Assembly (NCBI GenBank): GCA_937877025.1 | Contig: CALEGE010000030.1 | Span: forward strand, 34,647 to 98,646 | Source: an uncultured Spirochaetia bacterium | Lineage (GTDB): Bacteria > Spirochaetota > UBA4802 > UBA5368 | Length of the DNA stretch: 64,000 nucleotides | Direction: 5' to 3' | The notes under the pieces: generated by a model | What the model was told of the DNA's origin: nothing | What the model saw: only the letters and a program-made list of their open reading frames with translations | The model's database searches: none | Part shown: piece by piece, positions 1-10,205 of the stretch | Numbering within the stretch: position 1 is the stretch's first letter | How the letters are laid out: every line of letters starts with the position of its first letter | Program-made: the position numbers and the translations under genes

Positions 1-108
1 CGCGTGAGAAGATGTTTGATTATTGAATCGGGAAACTAAAGGATGCGAGCCGGATAATTCATATCATTTTCTTCTCTTGAAGGTCGAGTGATTATCCATA
101 CCAGAACA

Positions 109-126
109 AGGGGGCTTACGCCCCCT
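109..126 (-). terminator. GC-rich hairpin after the 162..1400 lipoprotein gene (putative terminator)
   Basis: Minus strand AGGGGGC-GTAA-GCCCCCT (7-bp stem, GNRA loop) then TGTTCT; weak U-tail. Confidence 0.5.
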
Positions 127-161
127 GTGCTGCACTCCCGCCAAGCATTTCAGGTACACAC

Positions 162-1400
162 CTACATCTTTTTCGCCGTCAGCATAATCCGGTTCGGATA
201 CGTTTCCTTTATCGAGATTTCAAAGCCGAGATTTCCCGCCTTGGCGTTCAGTTCTTCGGCGAGGTCGTTTGTCTTGCCGGCGAATTCGACCTCGAGCTTT
301 GCGGCCCTGCCGGTCTGCCCGCGCGAATAGACCTTCTTGACTCCGCGCACGCGGTTCTGGATCTCGTTGCGGAACTTAGTAAGCTCGGTAAAATCGAGGC
401 CGGTCACATTGATCGTGATCATGCGCTCGGTTGCCGATTTCAAAAACTTTTTGGTGATCTGGTTCATAAACGGTCCGGATTGGAATTTCCCCGTTTCTTC
501 ATCAGTTCTTCCGAGTATTTTTTTCAGGCAGTTCTGAATCGCCGTTTTCGACGCGGTGGTTGCGTCAATGTGGAGGCCGGGCGCGTTTGCGCTTGTAGTG
601 GCGAGGATGTTGCCGGTGTATACGTCGATCGCCTTAATATTGATTATGGCCTGCTTCGATTTCATGTTGGCCGAGATGCCGGCAAGCGCGGCGGTCTGGT
701 CCATCGTTTTCACTTCGCCGACGATTATCACCTCGGCGCCCGCGCTGTCCATTAAAAGGTTTTGCACGTCGCCGGCAACCTGCCCGTTTACCGCCATCTG
801 CATCTTGGCGCGGTCGCGCTGCATCAACTGCTGCGTCATTGCCGCGTCGACGAATTCGAATCCGGCGTTGCCCATGATATCCATCATGGTAAGCTCTGTC
901 ACGGTGAATCCCGGCATGTTCATTTTTCCTTCAAACGTTTCCTTTACGAGCACCATGAATTTCGGGCGGCCGTAATTTCTTAATGTCGACTCAATGGTGT
1001 CGTTAACCGCCTGCGGATACACCTCGCCGTAGATGGTGACGACAAACGATCCCTCCTGCGGGCCTTCCTTCAGCACCTTCCAGTTGCGAACCATGCCGGT
1101 TGTCTTCGCCTCGACAATTGACGAAACAAGCGCGAAATCCTCGACGACCGAGCTTCCCTGCACAAACGTGCCAAGCTTCGACCCGACGAGCTTGTTCATC
1201 GCGTCGTCGATTGCCCTGTCGCGGGCAAGCGAATTATCGTTGTCGAAAATCTGAGCGTATCCGGTCGCTTCGCCGCACAGCTCACATTCTTTCTTGGATG
1301 ATTCCTTTTTCATCTGCTTCGACGTACTGCCGCCGCCGCAGGAAACGATCGCCGCGGCAAAGCACAGGACGATCATCAACACAAGGCTTTTGCTTTTCAT
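162..1400 (-). CDS. Lipoprotein with FlgT N-terminal-like domain (recalls Leptospira LipL46-type lipoproteins)
   Basis: Signal peptide ending in lipobox IVSC; 'GEATGYAQI...ARDRAIDDAM...GTFVQGSSVVEDF' is FlgT-N-like; RBS AAGGAG. The LipL46 resemblance is from memory, not searched. Confidence 0.65.
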   Translation of the reverse strand: MKSKSLVLMIVLCFAAAIVSCGGGSTSKQMKKESSKKECELCGEATGYAQIFDNDNSLARDRAIDDAMNKLVGSKLGTFVQGSSVVEDFALVSSIVEAKTTGMVRNWKVLKEGPQEGSFVVTIYGEVYPQAVNDTIESTLRNYGRPKFMVLVKETFEGKMNMPGFTVTELTMMDIMGNAGFEFVDAAMTQQLMQRDRAKMQMAVNGQVAGDVQNLLMDSAGAEVIIVGEVKTMDQTAALAGISANMKSKQAIINIKAIDVYTGNILATTSANAPGLHIDATTASKTAIQNCLKKILGRTDEETGKFQSGPFMNQITKKFLKSATERMITINVTGLDFTELTKFRNEIQNRVRGVKKVYSRGQTGRAAKLEVEFAGKTNDLAEELNAKAGNLGFEISIKETYPNRIMLTAKKM

Positions 1401-1541
1401 GAAAAAACTCCTTTGATAGGTTTAATGATGGAGCCGGTGTACGGATTTAGCGTGCAATCTCCGATGCGCCGGCATGACACTATATCCAGCATTCGCGTGT
1501 GCTCCGCGAAATTGCGGCATCCCTCTGATGCTTTTCTATAA

Positions 1542-1569
1542 AATATACGCGCGTGCGGCAATTAGTCAA
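1542..1569 (-). promoter_or_regulatory. sigma70-like promoter of the lipoprotein gene
   Basis: TTGACT-N16-TATATT on the minus strand. Confidence 0.5.
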
Positions 1570-1681
1570 ACTATTTTTGGCTGCGGCGTTTTTCGCTTTT
1601 TTCTTGCTTTACGGTCGGATATGAGTACTCTCTAATTCTGAATACTGTCGAACCATATCGACTCGTGCAAGGGTGCGAAAC

Positions 1682-4600
1682 ATGGAAAAGGATTATCTGC
1701 AATCATTGAAAATTGAAATCAGCCGAAGCTTCCGGCTGATCCCATATGAAAGAATAATGTTTCATAAAATTCTGGGGCTGATGAAATCTGAAAACGGGAT
1801 GAAGGTGCTTTTACGCGAGCTGTCCCAGGAGCCAGCGGTCAGGGCAAGCGCGATTTTTGAACTGCGGCGCTTCGACAATCCCCTGGTGCGTGCCGCTTTT
1901 GCCGAGCTGCTGCAGCATGATGAAATTTCCATGGAAGAAAAAATGGGCATCCTGAATCACATGGAAGAGTTTGGCATCGGGGAATATACAGACCGTGTCA
2001 TTGCGTTTATAGAGAAACATAAAAACGATGAAGCATTCCTCATGTGCATTGCGAAGGCTCTTTCGGTATTGAGTACAAGGGGCGCGGGGCTTGATTCTGT
2101 ACGGGAATTCGTATCGTCGATCGCTGTCGACAGGGGGAACAGTATTCCACTTCGATGTTGCGCTGTCGAGGCTCTTGCAACTTTCGGCGATATTCCACTG
2201 TTGGAAAACCTGATCAAGGAAAATAATGAAAATATTATCTACAGCGCGTATAAAGCTATTTCATCCATGGGCGAAAGAATTATCGGGGATGCCGAAGAGG
2301 GCGCCGCTGATGATGACATACCATATACCTATAGTCCGGATACCGAGGACCGTGCAATTCTTGATTTACGTGTGCTCATCGGAAAGATGACACCTCAGTT
2401 CGATGATTACAGCAATATGGTGAAAACCGCGTTCATCAATGCGATGATATGCAGCAATCACCGCGAATTTCTTATTTATACGATGAAAGCGCTTACATCG
2501 GATGATTCGGAACTTGTCGACATGGTGCTGCATCTGCTGCTTGCGAACGTGAATAAGCTTCGCGATCCCGATAAACTTTTCAGGAACCTGCTTGCCCTTT
2601 CGGCCGATACGCGAAGAAAAAATGAAAACATTGTCAATATTTTTGAACGATATTTCAGCGGCATGAAGGAAGCCCGCAAAAATCTTTTACTGCGGGATAA
2701 GCTTTTTAATTATATCGTCGTGACGCTTGAAACGTATTTTGAAACATACCGAAAGGAGTTCATGGTCACGGAGGTTATCGAGAAAGGGTATCCGGAAAAT
2801 TTCCAGATTATACGGAAATACCTTCTGGAAAGTTTCACGCCAGAATTGAAACGCAAAGTGGTGAACTATCTGAAAAACCGTGACCGGGCGATGCTGCATT
2901 CCATCATCATGGAGATATCAAGCGTCATCCCGTATATCGCGGCGGGAGAAAGGGAGGGATTGTACAGTCTTCTTGAGGTTCTTTTCGATAACGATCAGAA
3001 ATCGAGGGAAAACTCCGCCGGACGAATCGAGGATATTAATTTCGAAAAACGGTATTTGCGGCACAGGATACTCCGCCTCTGTGAAATAATCGGGAGGCTT
3101 CACATTGACGAGGCCGCCACGACGCTGGTGAAAATATTCAATTATGTGAAAAAGTATCCCGATGAGGAGATTTTCAACGCGGTAGCGGAATGCCTTTCGA
3201 TGCTCAATTACTCGTACATGCTTGGCGAGCTTGAAGTTGTCCTCACATCGGGGGATGTGCGTGACCAGTCAAAGGCCGTGCGGTATCTGGCGTTGTTTTC
3301 CGAGCAGCGGTCTTTGAATATACTGCTCGATTTTCTCAGGGAAAACCTGGAGCGTGAATCGGACCAGATTGCCGTTGTCATGAATATTCTGCTTCGACGC
3401 GATCTGGTCGGCAACATGACCGCAAACTCAATCTTCAAACGCATGATAGAACAGAGCGCCGGCGATGATCTGAAATCGCTTGCGTTTCTGTGTCTCGGAC
3501 GATGCGCCGTTGAATCGGATATTGAGTACTGCAACGATTTTTTTCCGAAAGCGGCATCGAACGGCATCAAAGAATCGATTGTACGGGCGATCGGCTGTAT
3601 CGTGATGAAAAACAGCTCTATAAACAGGCGGCAGGTAATAAAACATCTAACCGAATATTTGAAAGATCCGTCAATAAAAGTGCGAATCTATTCGTGCGCG
3701 CTTCTGATATACCTTGGCAACAAAGAAGCGATGAAGTCTCTCCGTGACATGATGATCATAAAAAATAAACAGATACAGAGGGATATTCTTTCGATTATGG
3801 GAAATCAACGCTCGGAGGAATTTGCGTACTTTCTGATATCGCTGCTCAAAGAAGAATATGGTATTTCAAACGATATCATTCCGATCATCGGAATGCTGCC
3901 CGCGGAAGAGCTGCTTGAGGTAGATCATTTTATCGTGAATATTTTCAAGAAGTATGAGGGTGCTGAACTTGACGTGAGAGAGGGGAGGGACTACGCAACT
4001 GTACAGCCGCGAACCGCAAAGGTGACGATACACGAATCGGAAAGCAGAACGCTGCTCTTTGTAGAGTTCGCGGGATTCCTTGAATCGACGAAAAATATGA
4101 ATGCGGTCGATCTCATCACCGTGCAGAAGCGTTTGCACGAACTGGTTATGGCTCCAATTTCGGAGGGAAAGGGAGATGTCAGCAAGATTATAGGGGGCCG
4201 CGTTCTCACGTTTTTCCCTGGACCTGCCGAAGCCGCGAACACAGCTCTTTCGATATCCGGCAATATCGCCCGTTTTAACGCCATGAGAATGCCGTCACGC
4301 AGGGCAAAAACCGCCATTCAGATTATCACCGGCAAGATGAAGGTTATCGGCGATGAAACATTAAGCCTGCCCGCTGCGGTCATATCCGCAGTCGATGAGA
4401 TGCCATTGCATAACAGGGTGATTCTCGACAGCGCGACAAGCGGTGCCCTTGCGACGCTGTATGATTGCGAGCCCCTGCCGGATATTTTCGCGTCAGAGAG
4501 CGGGGCCGGTTTTGTTTTTCAGGAACTTATCAATCCGATAAACTCACTTGCTATTGTAGAGGATATCGTGGCGGAGCTTAACCGCAAGGAGCAGGACCGG

Positions 4601-4849
4601 AATGCGGCGCAGATACAGCTTGAATCCGAACTGAAGCGGAAAAAAAGGGAGCAGAAAACGGGCAGCGCCATGGAATATGCGCAGGCAATGGACGATGTCG
4701 GCAAGGTTTTAAAGGATGAGCTTGCGGAGATTACTCGGTATGTGCAGAGGCGATCGACCGACAGGGAGCTTATAAATACCGTCGAAAAAATGGTCGCAAA
4801 TATTCACAAGCGGTACCTTCTGGAAACGACAAAAATAATAATGCAATGA
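1682..4849 (+). CDS. Large HEAT/ARM-repeat protein with C-terminal degenerate class III nucleotide cyclase-like domain and coiled coil
   Basis: HEAT-like motifs (LRCCAVEALATFG, YLKDPSIKVRIYSCALL); 'TLLFVEFAGF...GKGDVSKIIGGRVLTFF' aligns by eye with cyclase 'TILFxDIxGF...GGxVxKxIGDxVMAxF'; ATG 1682 chosen over GTG 1673. Confidence 0.7.
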   Translation: MEKDYLQSLKIEISRSFRLIPYERIMFHKILGLMKSENGMKVLLRELSQEPAVRASAIFELRRFDNPLVRAAFAELLQHDEISMEEKMGILNHMEEFGIGEYTDRVIAFIEKHKNDEAFLMCIAKALSVLSTRGAGLDSVREFVSSIAVDRGNSIPLRCCAVEALATFGDIPLLENLIKENNENIIYSAYKAISSMGERIIGDAEEGAADDDIPYTYSPDTEDRAILDLRVLIGKMTPQFDDYSNMVKTAFINAMICSNHREFLIYTMKALTSDDSELVDMVLHLLLANVNKLRDPDKLFRNLLALSADTRRKNENIVNIFERYFSGMKEARKNLLLRDKLFNYIVVTLETYFETYRKEFMVTEVIEKGYPENFQIIRKYLLESFTPELKRKVVNYLKNRDRAMLHSIIMEISSVIPYIAAGEREGLYSLLEVLFDNDQKSRENSAGRIEDINFEKRYLRHRILRLCEIIGRLHIDEAATTLVKIFNYVKKYPDEEIFNAVAECLSMLNYSYMLGELEVVLTSGDVRDQSKAVRYLALFSEQRSLNILLDFLRENLERESDQIAVVMNILLRRDLVGNMTANSIFKRMIEQSAGDDLKSLAFLCLGRCAVESDIEYCNDFFPKAASNGIKESIVRAIGCIVMKNSSINRRQVIKHLTEYLKDPSIKVRIYSCALLIYLGNKEAMKSLRDMMIIKNKQIQRDILSIMGNQRSEEFAYFLISLLKEEYGISNDIIPIIGMLPAEELLEVDHFIVNIFKKYEGAELDVREGRDYATVQPRTAKVTIHESESRTLLFVEFAGFLESTKNMNAVDLITVQKRLHELVMAPISEGKGDVSKIIGGRVLTFFPGPAEAANTALSISGNIARFNAMRMPSRRAKTAIQIITGKMKVIGDETLSLPAAVISAVDEMPLHNRVILDSATSGALATLYDCEPLPDIFASESGAGFVFQELINPINSLAIVEDIVAELNRKEQDRNAAQIQLESELKRKKREQKTGSAMEYAQAMDDVGKVLKDELAEITRYVQRRSTDRELINTVEKMVANIHKRYLLETTKIIMQ

Positions 4850-4918
4850 TGAAACGACGCCTGCAAAATAACTTTTCGGTCGTGTCAGGCCGTGATTCCT
4901 ATGAAGACGGTGCAAATG

Positions 4919-5815
4919 TCACCGTTCGATGAATCGTGCGCACAAATCGATTTTGTGCTGAATGAGAAATGGTGAATATGCAAGAAAAAATCTGTCTGTG
5001 CGGTATCGCAGCAGCGTGCGGTACTGTTCATGGGCGGTGGCGTAATCCTTCAGCTTGAATGCCGACTCGGCGTAATAATAATGCAATGCCTTATCGTAAC
5101 TACCCGTGATATTGATCGATTTTATTTGGACCACGCACTTGAAGTATTCCTCGCGGACGAAGTGTATTTTCGCCCGCCCGAGGAGCGCATCAGGATATTT
5201 CGGGTCCGTTTGAAGCGCCCTGTCGTAATACTGCAACGCCATTTCAATCTGGTTTCTTTTAAAATAGTTATCGCCGATTAAGACCAGCGTGGAAAGACCG
5301 TTCGGATTTCTTTTCAGTGACTTTTTGTAGTATTCCAGGGCGGTATTGTCCTTTCCCCATCGGTCATATATGTATCCGATCTGAAGGTATGTCTGCGGAT
5401 ATTCCGGAACCAGGTACGCGGCTTTTGTCAGGTGCATGCGCGCTGTGTCAAGATCTTCCAGATAAATACAGCATATGCCGAGATTGAATCGAAACGGAAA
5501 AAAAAGCGGGGCATGCGGCAAAGCCGTGGTGAGGGCGGCCGCGGCCGCCTGATAGTTTCCTTCCGCCATAAGCTTCGCGGCCGCGTTGTTCGCGGAAGCC
5601 GCTTCGCTTTCGCCGGTGCAATAGAGAATGTCGTTGATTGAATATATTTGCTCGCGGGCGGGGCCTGTGTCGGACACGGTATTGATAGACGTCAACCGGT
5701 CGTAGATGTGCGTGTCCTGCGCCGGTAGAGTTTCATGCGGCAATACGCATACAAGCGTGATGAACGCAACAGCCGCAGTTGTGCTGCACCGTATTACCAT
5801 GGGGTGACCCGCCAT
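4919..5815 (-). CDS. Exported TPR-repeat protein
   Basis: Hydrophobic N-terminus; several TPRs (FNLGICC, YLQIGYIY...ALEYYKKSL, ALQYYDRALQTDP). Confidence 0.8.
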   Translation of the reverse strand: MAGHPMVIRCSTTAAVAFITLVCVLPHETLPAQDTHIYDRLTSINTVSDTGPAREQIYSINDILYCTGESEAASANNAAAKLMAEGNYQAAAAALTTALPHAPLFFPFRFNLGICCIYLEDLDTARMHLTKAAYLVPEYPQTYLQIGYIYDRWGKDNTALEYYKKSLKRNPNGLSTLVLIGDNYFKRNQIEMALQYYDRALQTDPKYPDALLGRAKIHFVREEYFKCVVQIKSINITGSYDKALHYYYAESAFKLKDYATAHEQYRTLLRYRTDRFFLAYSPFLIQHKIDLCARFIER

Positions 5816-5816
5816 G

Positions 5817-6764
5817 TCAATAGAGATGGCATGCGACGCTGTTGTCTCCGACGCGTTTCATTTCCGGGTAGCGCTCTTCGCACAGTTTCATCGCCGAGGG
5901 GCAACGGGGATGAAAATAACAGCCGGACGGCGGCGATTCCGGTGAGGGTATTTCACCCCTCAATACTGAAAAAGAATGTTTTGCCGGTTTTTTTTCGGGG
6001 ATGGATTTGATCAGGCTTTTGGTATACGGATGCAGCGGAGAGGTATACAGCCCGGTCTTTGTGCTCTCCTCGACGATACGGCCGAGATACATTACGACAA
6101 TTCGATCGCTGATATGCTCGACAACAGCCAGATCGTGCGCGACAAACAGGTAGGTCAGGTCAAGCTTTTCCTTCAGATCGGTGAGGAGATTCAGTATCTG
6201 TCCCTGAATCGAGACATCGAGCGCGGATACCGGTTCATCGAGGATAATAAACTTGGGATTCAGCGCGAGCGCCCTGGCAATGCCGATGCGCTGGCGCTGG
6301 CCTCCACTGAACTCGTGAGGATACCGTTCCCCTTGATCGGGCTGGAGCCCGACAATATCCATCAATTCGGCTGTTCTGTCGAAAATATCGCGCCTGGACA
6401 TTTCAGAGTGTATTCTCAAGGGCTCAGATATTATTTTTTTCACCGGAATCCGGGGATTGAGAGAACCGAACGGGTCCTGAAACACGATTTGCATATTTTT
6501 GCGGAATTCCCGCAGGCGCTTCCCCGATAGGGCCGTGACGTCTGTGCCGTCTATCCAGACGCTGCCCGCGTCTGGCTCTATAAGCCGAAGCATCGCTCGC
6601 GCCGCGGTCGATTTGCCGCTGCCGCTTTCGCCGACCATCCCGAGCGTTTCACCCTTTGGAATGGAAAATGAGATATCGTCGACCGCCCGCACCACGCCAT
6701 GGCTTTCAAAGAGGCCGCGTTTTCTCACACGAAAAAACTTTTTTAATCCGCGTATTTTAATCAT
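5817..6764 (-). CDS. Oligopeptide/dipeptide ABC transporter ATP-binding subunit (OppF/DppF-like)
   Basis: Walker A GESGSGKS, signature FSGGQRQR, Walker B ILDEP, C-terminal HPYT and GCYFHPRC...C...VACH. Confidence 0.93.
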   Translation of the reverse strand: MIKIRGLKKFFRVRKRGLFESHGVVRAVDDISFSIPKGETLGMVGESGSGKSTAARAMLRLIEPDAGSVWIDGTDVTALSGKRLREFRKNMQIVFQDPFGSLNPRIPVKKIISEPLRIHSEMSRRDIFDRTAELMDIVGLQPDQGERYPHEFSGGQRQRIGIARALALNPKFIILDEPVSALDVSIQGQILNLLTDLKEKLDLTYLFVAHDLAVVEHISDRIVVMYLGRIVEESTKTGLYTSPLHPYTKSLIKSIPEKKPAKHSFSVLRGEIPSPESPPSGCYFHPRCPSAMKLCEERYPEMKRVGDNSVACHLY

Positions 6765-6937
6765 TGTGTTCCGGAAAAAGATATATTAATGTGCCGGATA
6801 TAATGACAGCCCTCACCGATATTTCAATAAAAAATTGTATTTGCCATAAATTGAAGCATTCGGTAATGAAAGACCGTTTTTGTTATACTGTTAACGAACG
6901 ACAATACAGAATTGTACGAGGCCGGGGGATACGTATC

Positions 6938-7969
6938 GTGCGGATATACAGATTTTTTGTGGGGTGCGCCATTATCGTTGTGATAACGCAATTTGCCGGA
7001 TGCGCCACCGTATACAGGCAGATGAAGCAGAAAGTAATAAATAATTACAGGGAAGGAATTGTACTGTACCGGCAGGGGAAGTACGCAAGCGCCCTCGACC
7101 GATTTGAAACGGTGCAGTCTATAGATCCTGAATACGGCGATGTTCGCCGGTATATCCTGATAACAAAAGACGCTCTTTCGAAAAAGGCGCGCGACTATTA
7201 CGATCGTGGGATGCAATATAAAAAGGCGGGAGAATACGAGAATGCGCTCGATCAATTTCTGCTGGTCATGAAGGAAGATCCCGACTTTCGGGACACAAAA
7301 CAGCAACTGGAAAACATCAGAAAAACGCCCGCCATTACGAAAAAGTTTCAGGCTGCGCTAAAGCGGGCAACCGCGTATTATGACAGGAAGCAGTATGTGA
7401 AGGCGTACACCGTGTTGTTACAGGCGAAAAAATACAATGATAAAAGTCTCGAAATGCTTTCGTTATCCACGAAAACAGAAATCGCTCTCAACGGCAGATC
7501 GCTGCCATATGTCAGCAAGGCGGAAAAGTTCTATAACAAAAAACAGTATGCCGCCGCGAAAAGTATGTGCGTAAAAGCGCTTGAAGTCAATCCGTGGGAC
7601 GAAAAAGCGAAAGCCCTTAACGAAAAATGCGGAAGAAAACTTTTTGTCGAGAGAAACTATGAAGCGGCGAAAATGAAATATCGCAGCGGCGACTATTTCG
7701 CCGCCTTTGACCTGTTTGCGAGCGTGGTTGAAAGGGATGCGGGATATCGGGATGCGCAAAAGTACCTTGACGCGATCCGCAGCAATCTCGGTAAAAACGT
7801 CCCGCAATATTACGCCAGAGGAGTCAGCGAATACGACAATGAGCGCTTTACCGAGGCGATCGCTGAATTCAACAGGGTGCTGAAAATCAACCCCGATCAT
7901 CAGAAGGCGAAGGAATATAAAGACAGGGCGATTGCGAAGCTTGAAATAAAACGGAGCCTTGAGAATTAG
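6938..7969 (+). CDS. TPR-repeat lipoprotein
   Basis: GTG 6938 after a G-rich RBS gives a signal peptide with lipobox FAGC; repeated TPR hairpins ending DP.Y/F.D. Confidence 0.75.
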   Translation: MRIYRFFVGCAIIVVITQFAGCATVYRQMKQKVINNYREGIVLYRQGKYASALDRFETVQSIDPEYGDVRRYILITKDALSKKARDYYDRGMQYKKAGEYENALDQFLLVMKEDPDFRDTKQQLENIRKTPAITKKFQAALKRATAYYDRKQYVKAYTVLLQAKKYNDKSLEMLSLSTKTEIALNGRSLPYVSKAEKFYNKKQYAAAKSMCVKALEVNPWDEKAKALNEKCGRKLFVERNYEAAKMKYRSGDYFAAFDLFASVVERDAGYRDAQKYLDAIRSNLGKNVPQYYARGVSEYDNERFTEAIAEFNRVLKINPDHQKAKEYKDRAIAKLEIKRSLEN

Positions 7970-9153
7970 TTAAAAAATTTCCCCTTTCCCTTCATTAAAA
8001 ATTTTACACCCTCGTCGAGCCCGTCGAGGGTGAGTTCGAACATCGGAAAAATGCCGCCTATCATCCTGGCGGTCTGTACATATCCCCATGACCGCCGCGG
8101 CAGGGGATTCATCCATATTGAATCCTTAAATTTGTCCCGCAGCCGCTGCAGCCATGCAAGCCCGGGCGTGTCATTATGATACCAGTAATCGATTGCGCCG
8201 TTTACCCATGTCAGCTCCGATGGCGCCATTTCGGCGTCGCCAATGAGGATGAGCTTGTAATCGTTGTCCTCGCTTTTGAGAAATTCCTGCGTTGATATCG
8301 ATTCGCGGCGTTCGATGTCAGTCCAGAGGTCCTGGTAGATGCAATTGTGAAAATAATAATGCTTGAATCGGCTTATCTGAGATGACGCAGCGGAAAAGAG
8401 ACGCTCGACCAGCCGGGCGTACGGTGTCATGGAGCCGCCGACATCCATCATGAGAATCACCTTTGCCGCTTTCTTTTCCTTGCTTTCCCATATGAATTCG
8501 AGTTCGCCCGCGTTTTTACAGGTCGCGTCGATTGTGGCGTCAAGGTTCAATTTTTCCTCGGGCCCGATAGGAAGCAGCGACCGCAGATGGGCCAGCGCGA
8601 CGCGCATCTGCCGCGTATCGAGCGTAACATCATTTGAATAATTGCGGAAGCTTCTTTTTTCCGCTATCTGCACTGCGCGCTTGTGGCGCGATTCGCCCTG
8701 GCCGATGCGGATACCCGCCGGATTATAGCCCCATGCGCCCTGCGTGGAGCGGCCGCCTGTGCCGATCGCCTTGTTTCCGCCGACATGGTTTTTGTAATGC
8801 TCCTGCTTCAACTGTTCCTCGAAATTGCGCAAAATCTGATCGAGGTCAAGCTCTTCAATCTGCTTCTTCTCCTCTTCGGAGAGGTGCAGTTCCTTCACCT
8901 TTTTCAATCCTTCAAGTATCTTCTCGAGCATCTCGTCCGTGGTTTCTATATCTTTGAAGGTGTCGAGAAAGGCCATGTCGTATTTGTCGTAGTAGATTTC
9001 GTTTTTAACAAGAATGGCGCGCGCCACATAATAGAATTTTGTGAGATTGCAGTCGTTCAGATTTCGCGCCAGCGCGTGATGCAGCGTGATCCACTCGTGC
9101 AGCGATACGGGGACGCCGTATGATTTGAGGGCAAAGAAGAAATTAATAAACAT
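7966..9153 (-). CDS. VWA-domain protein (CoxE-like partner of MoxR ATPase)
   Basis: MIDAS-like DVGGSM, 'HYYFHNCIY', 'IGDAEMAPSEL', 'WMNP'; overlaps the MoxR gene. Confidence 0.85.
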   Translation of the reverse strand: MFINFFFALKSYGVPVSLHEWITLHHALARNLNDCNLTKFYYVARAILVKNEIYYDKYDMAFLDTFKDIETTDEMLEKILEGLKKVKELHLSEEEKKQIEELDLDQILRNFEEQLKQEHYKNHVGGNKAIGTGGRSTQGAWGYNPAGIRIGQGESRHKRAVQIAEKRSFRNYSNDVTLDTRQMRVALAHLRSLLPIGPEEKLNLDATIDATCKNAGELEFIWESKEKKAAKVILMMDVGGSMTPYARLVERLFSAASSQISRFKHYYFHNCIYQDLWTDIERRESISTQEFLKSEDNDYKLILIGDAEMAPSELTWVNGAIDYWYHNDTPGLAWLQRLRDKFKDSIWMNPLPRRSWGYVQTARMIGGIFPMFELTLDGLDEGVKFLMKGKGKFFN

Positions 9154-9997
9154 TTCTGGTCCTTACGCTTGATGAGTATCCGTAATGCGCCGAGCCCGAC
9201 TGGTTCACCAGGTCGGTGTCCTCTTTCTTTTTTAGCAGGGTGCCAAGGAAGGGCAGATCCTTTTCCACCTTCGACGGCGATATCCCGCCCGCGATAAGCG
9301 CCTGTATCCAGTCGATGAGCTCGCTCGTCGACGGCTTTTTTCTCAGCATGTCGAACTGCCGGATCCAGTAAAACTTTTTCAGCGCCTCCCGCAACAGCTT
9401 CTTCTCAAGATCGGGAAAGTGTACGAAGACGATGTCCTCCATGAGCTTTTCGTCCGGAAACTCGATATAATGGAATACGCAGCGGCGGAGGAACGGATCG
9501 GGAAGTTCCTTTTCGCTGTTGGATGTGATGATCACGATTGGACGGTGCTTTGCCTTGATGGTGTCGCCGGTTTCAGGTATGTAAAAACTCATCTCGTCGA
9601 GCTCGTTTAAAAGGTCGTTTGGAAATTCAATATCTGCCTTATCAATCTCGTCGATCAACAGCACCACCTGCTCTTCTGAGTTGAACGCCTCGCCCAGCTT
9701 CCCGAGCTTGATGTACTGCCGAATGTCAGAAACATCCCTGTCGCCGAACCGGGCGTCATTGAGGCGCTGTACGGTATCGTACACATACAGGCCCTCTCTG
9801 GCTTTTGTGGTGGATTTTATATTCCAAATGATAAGTTTTTTCCCCAGGCCATCGGCGATGGAGTGTGCGAGCAGCGTTTTGCCTGTGCCGGGCTCACCCT
9901 TGACGAGAAGCGGTCGTGCGAGAGCTATCGATACGTTGACGTTGTCTTTCAATTCCGGGGAAAGTACATAATCGCCTGTGCCTTTAAAATAATTCAT
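9143..9997 (-). CDS. MoxR-family AAA+ ATPase
   Basis: Walker A GEPGTGKT, Walker B LLIDEIDKA, 'TSNSEKELPDPFLRRC', 'KKPSTSELIDW'. Confidence 0.92.
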   Translation of the reverse strand: MNYFKGTGDYVLSPELKDNVNVSIALARPLLVKGEPGTGKTLLAHSIADGLGKKLIIWNIKSTTKAREGLYVYDTVQRLNDARFGDRDVSDIRQYIKLGKLGEAFNSEEQVVLLIDEIDKADIEFPNDLLNELDEMSFYIPETGDTIKAKHRPIVIITSNSEKELPDPFLRRCVFHYIEFPDEKLMEDIVFVHFPDLEKKLLREALKKFYWIRQFDMLRKKPSTSELIDWIQALIAGGISPSKVEKDLPFLGTLLKKKEDTDLVNQSGSAHYGYSSSVRTRNVY

Positions 9998-10205
9998 GGT
10001 AATCACCCGCAAATAATATTTAATGTGGCAATCTTCTACGCCTCAAGAAAGCGTTATTCATTATATATAAAATATACAAATAATGAAGGAATGTGTTAGT
10101 TTTTCCATTAATTATCTTTGTTTATTTTGTCAAGAAACCTATCGCAGAAAGGGTCATGCCGAACCGGTCGGTTGGGCAAGTACTTTTTATTGCGGAATAG
10201 AATTT

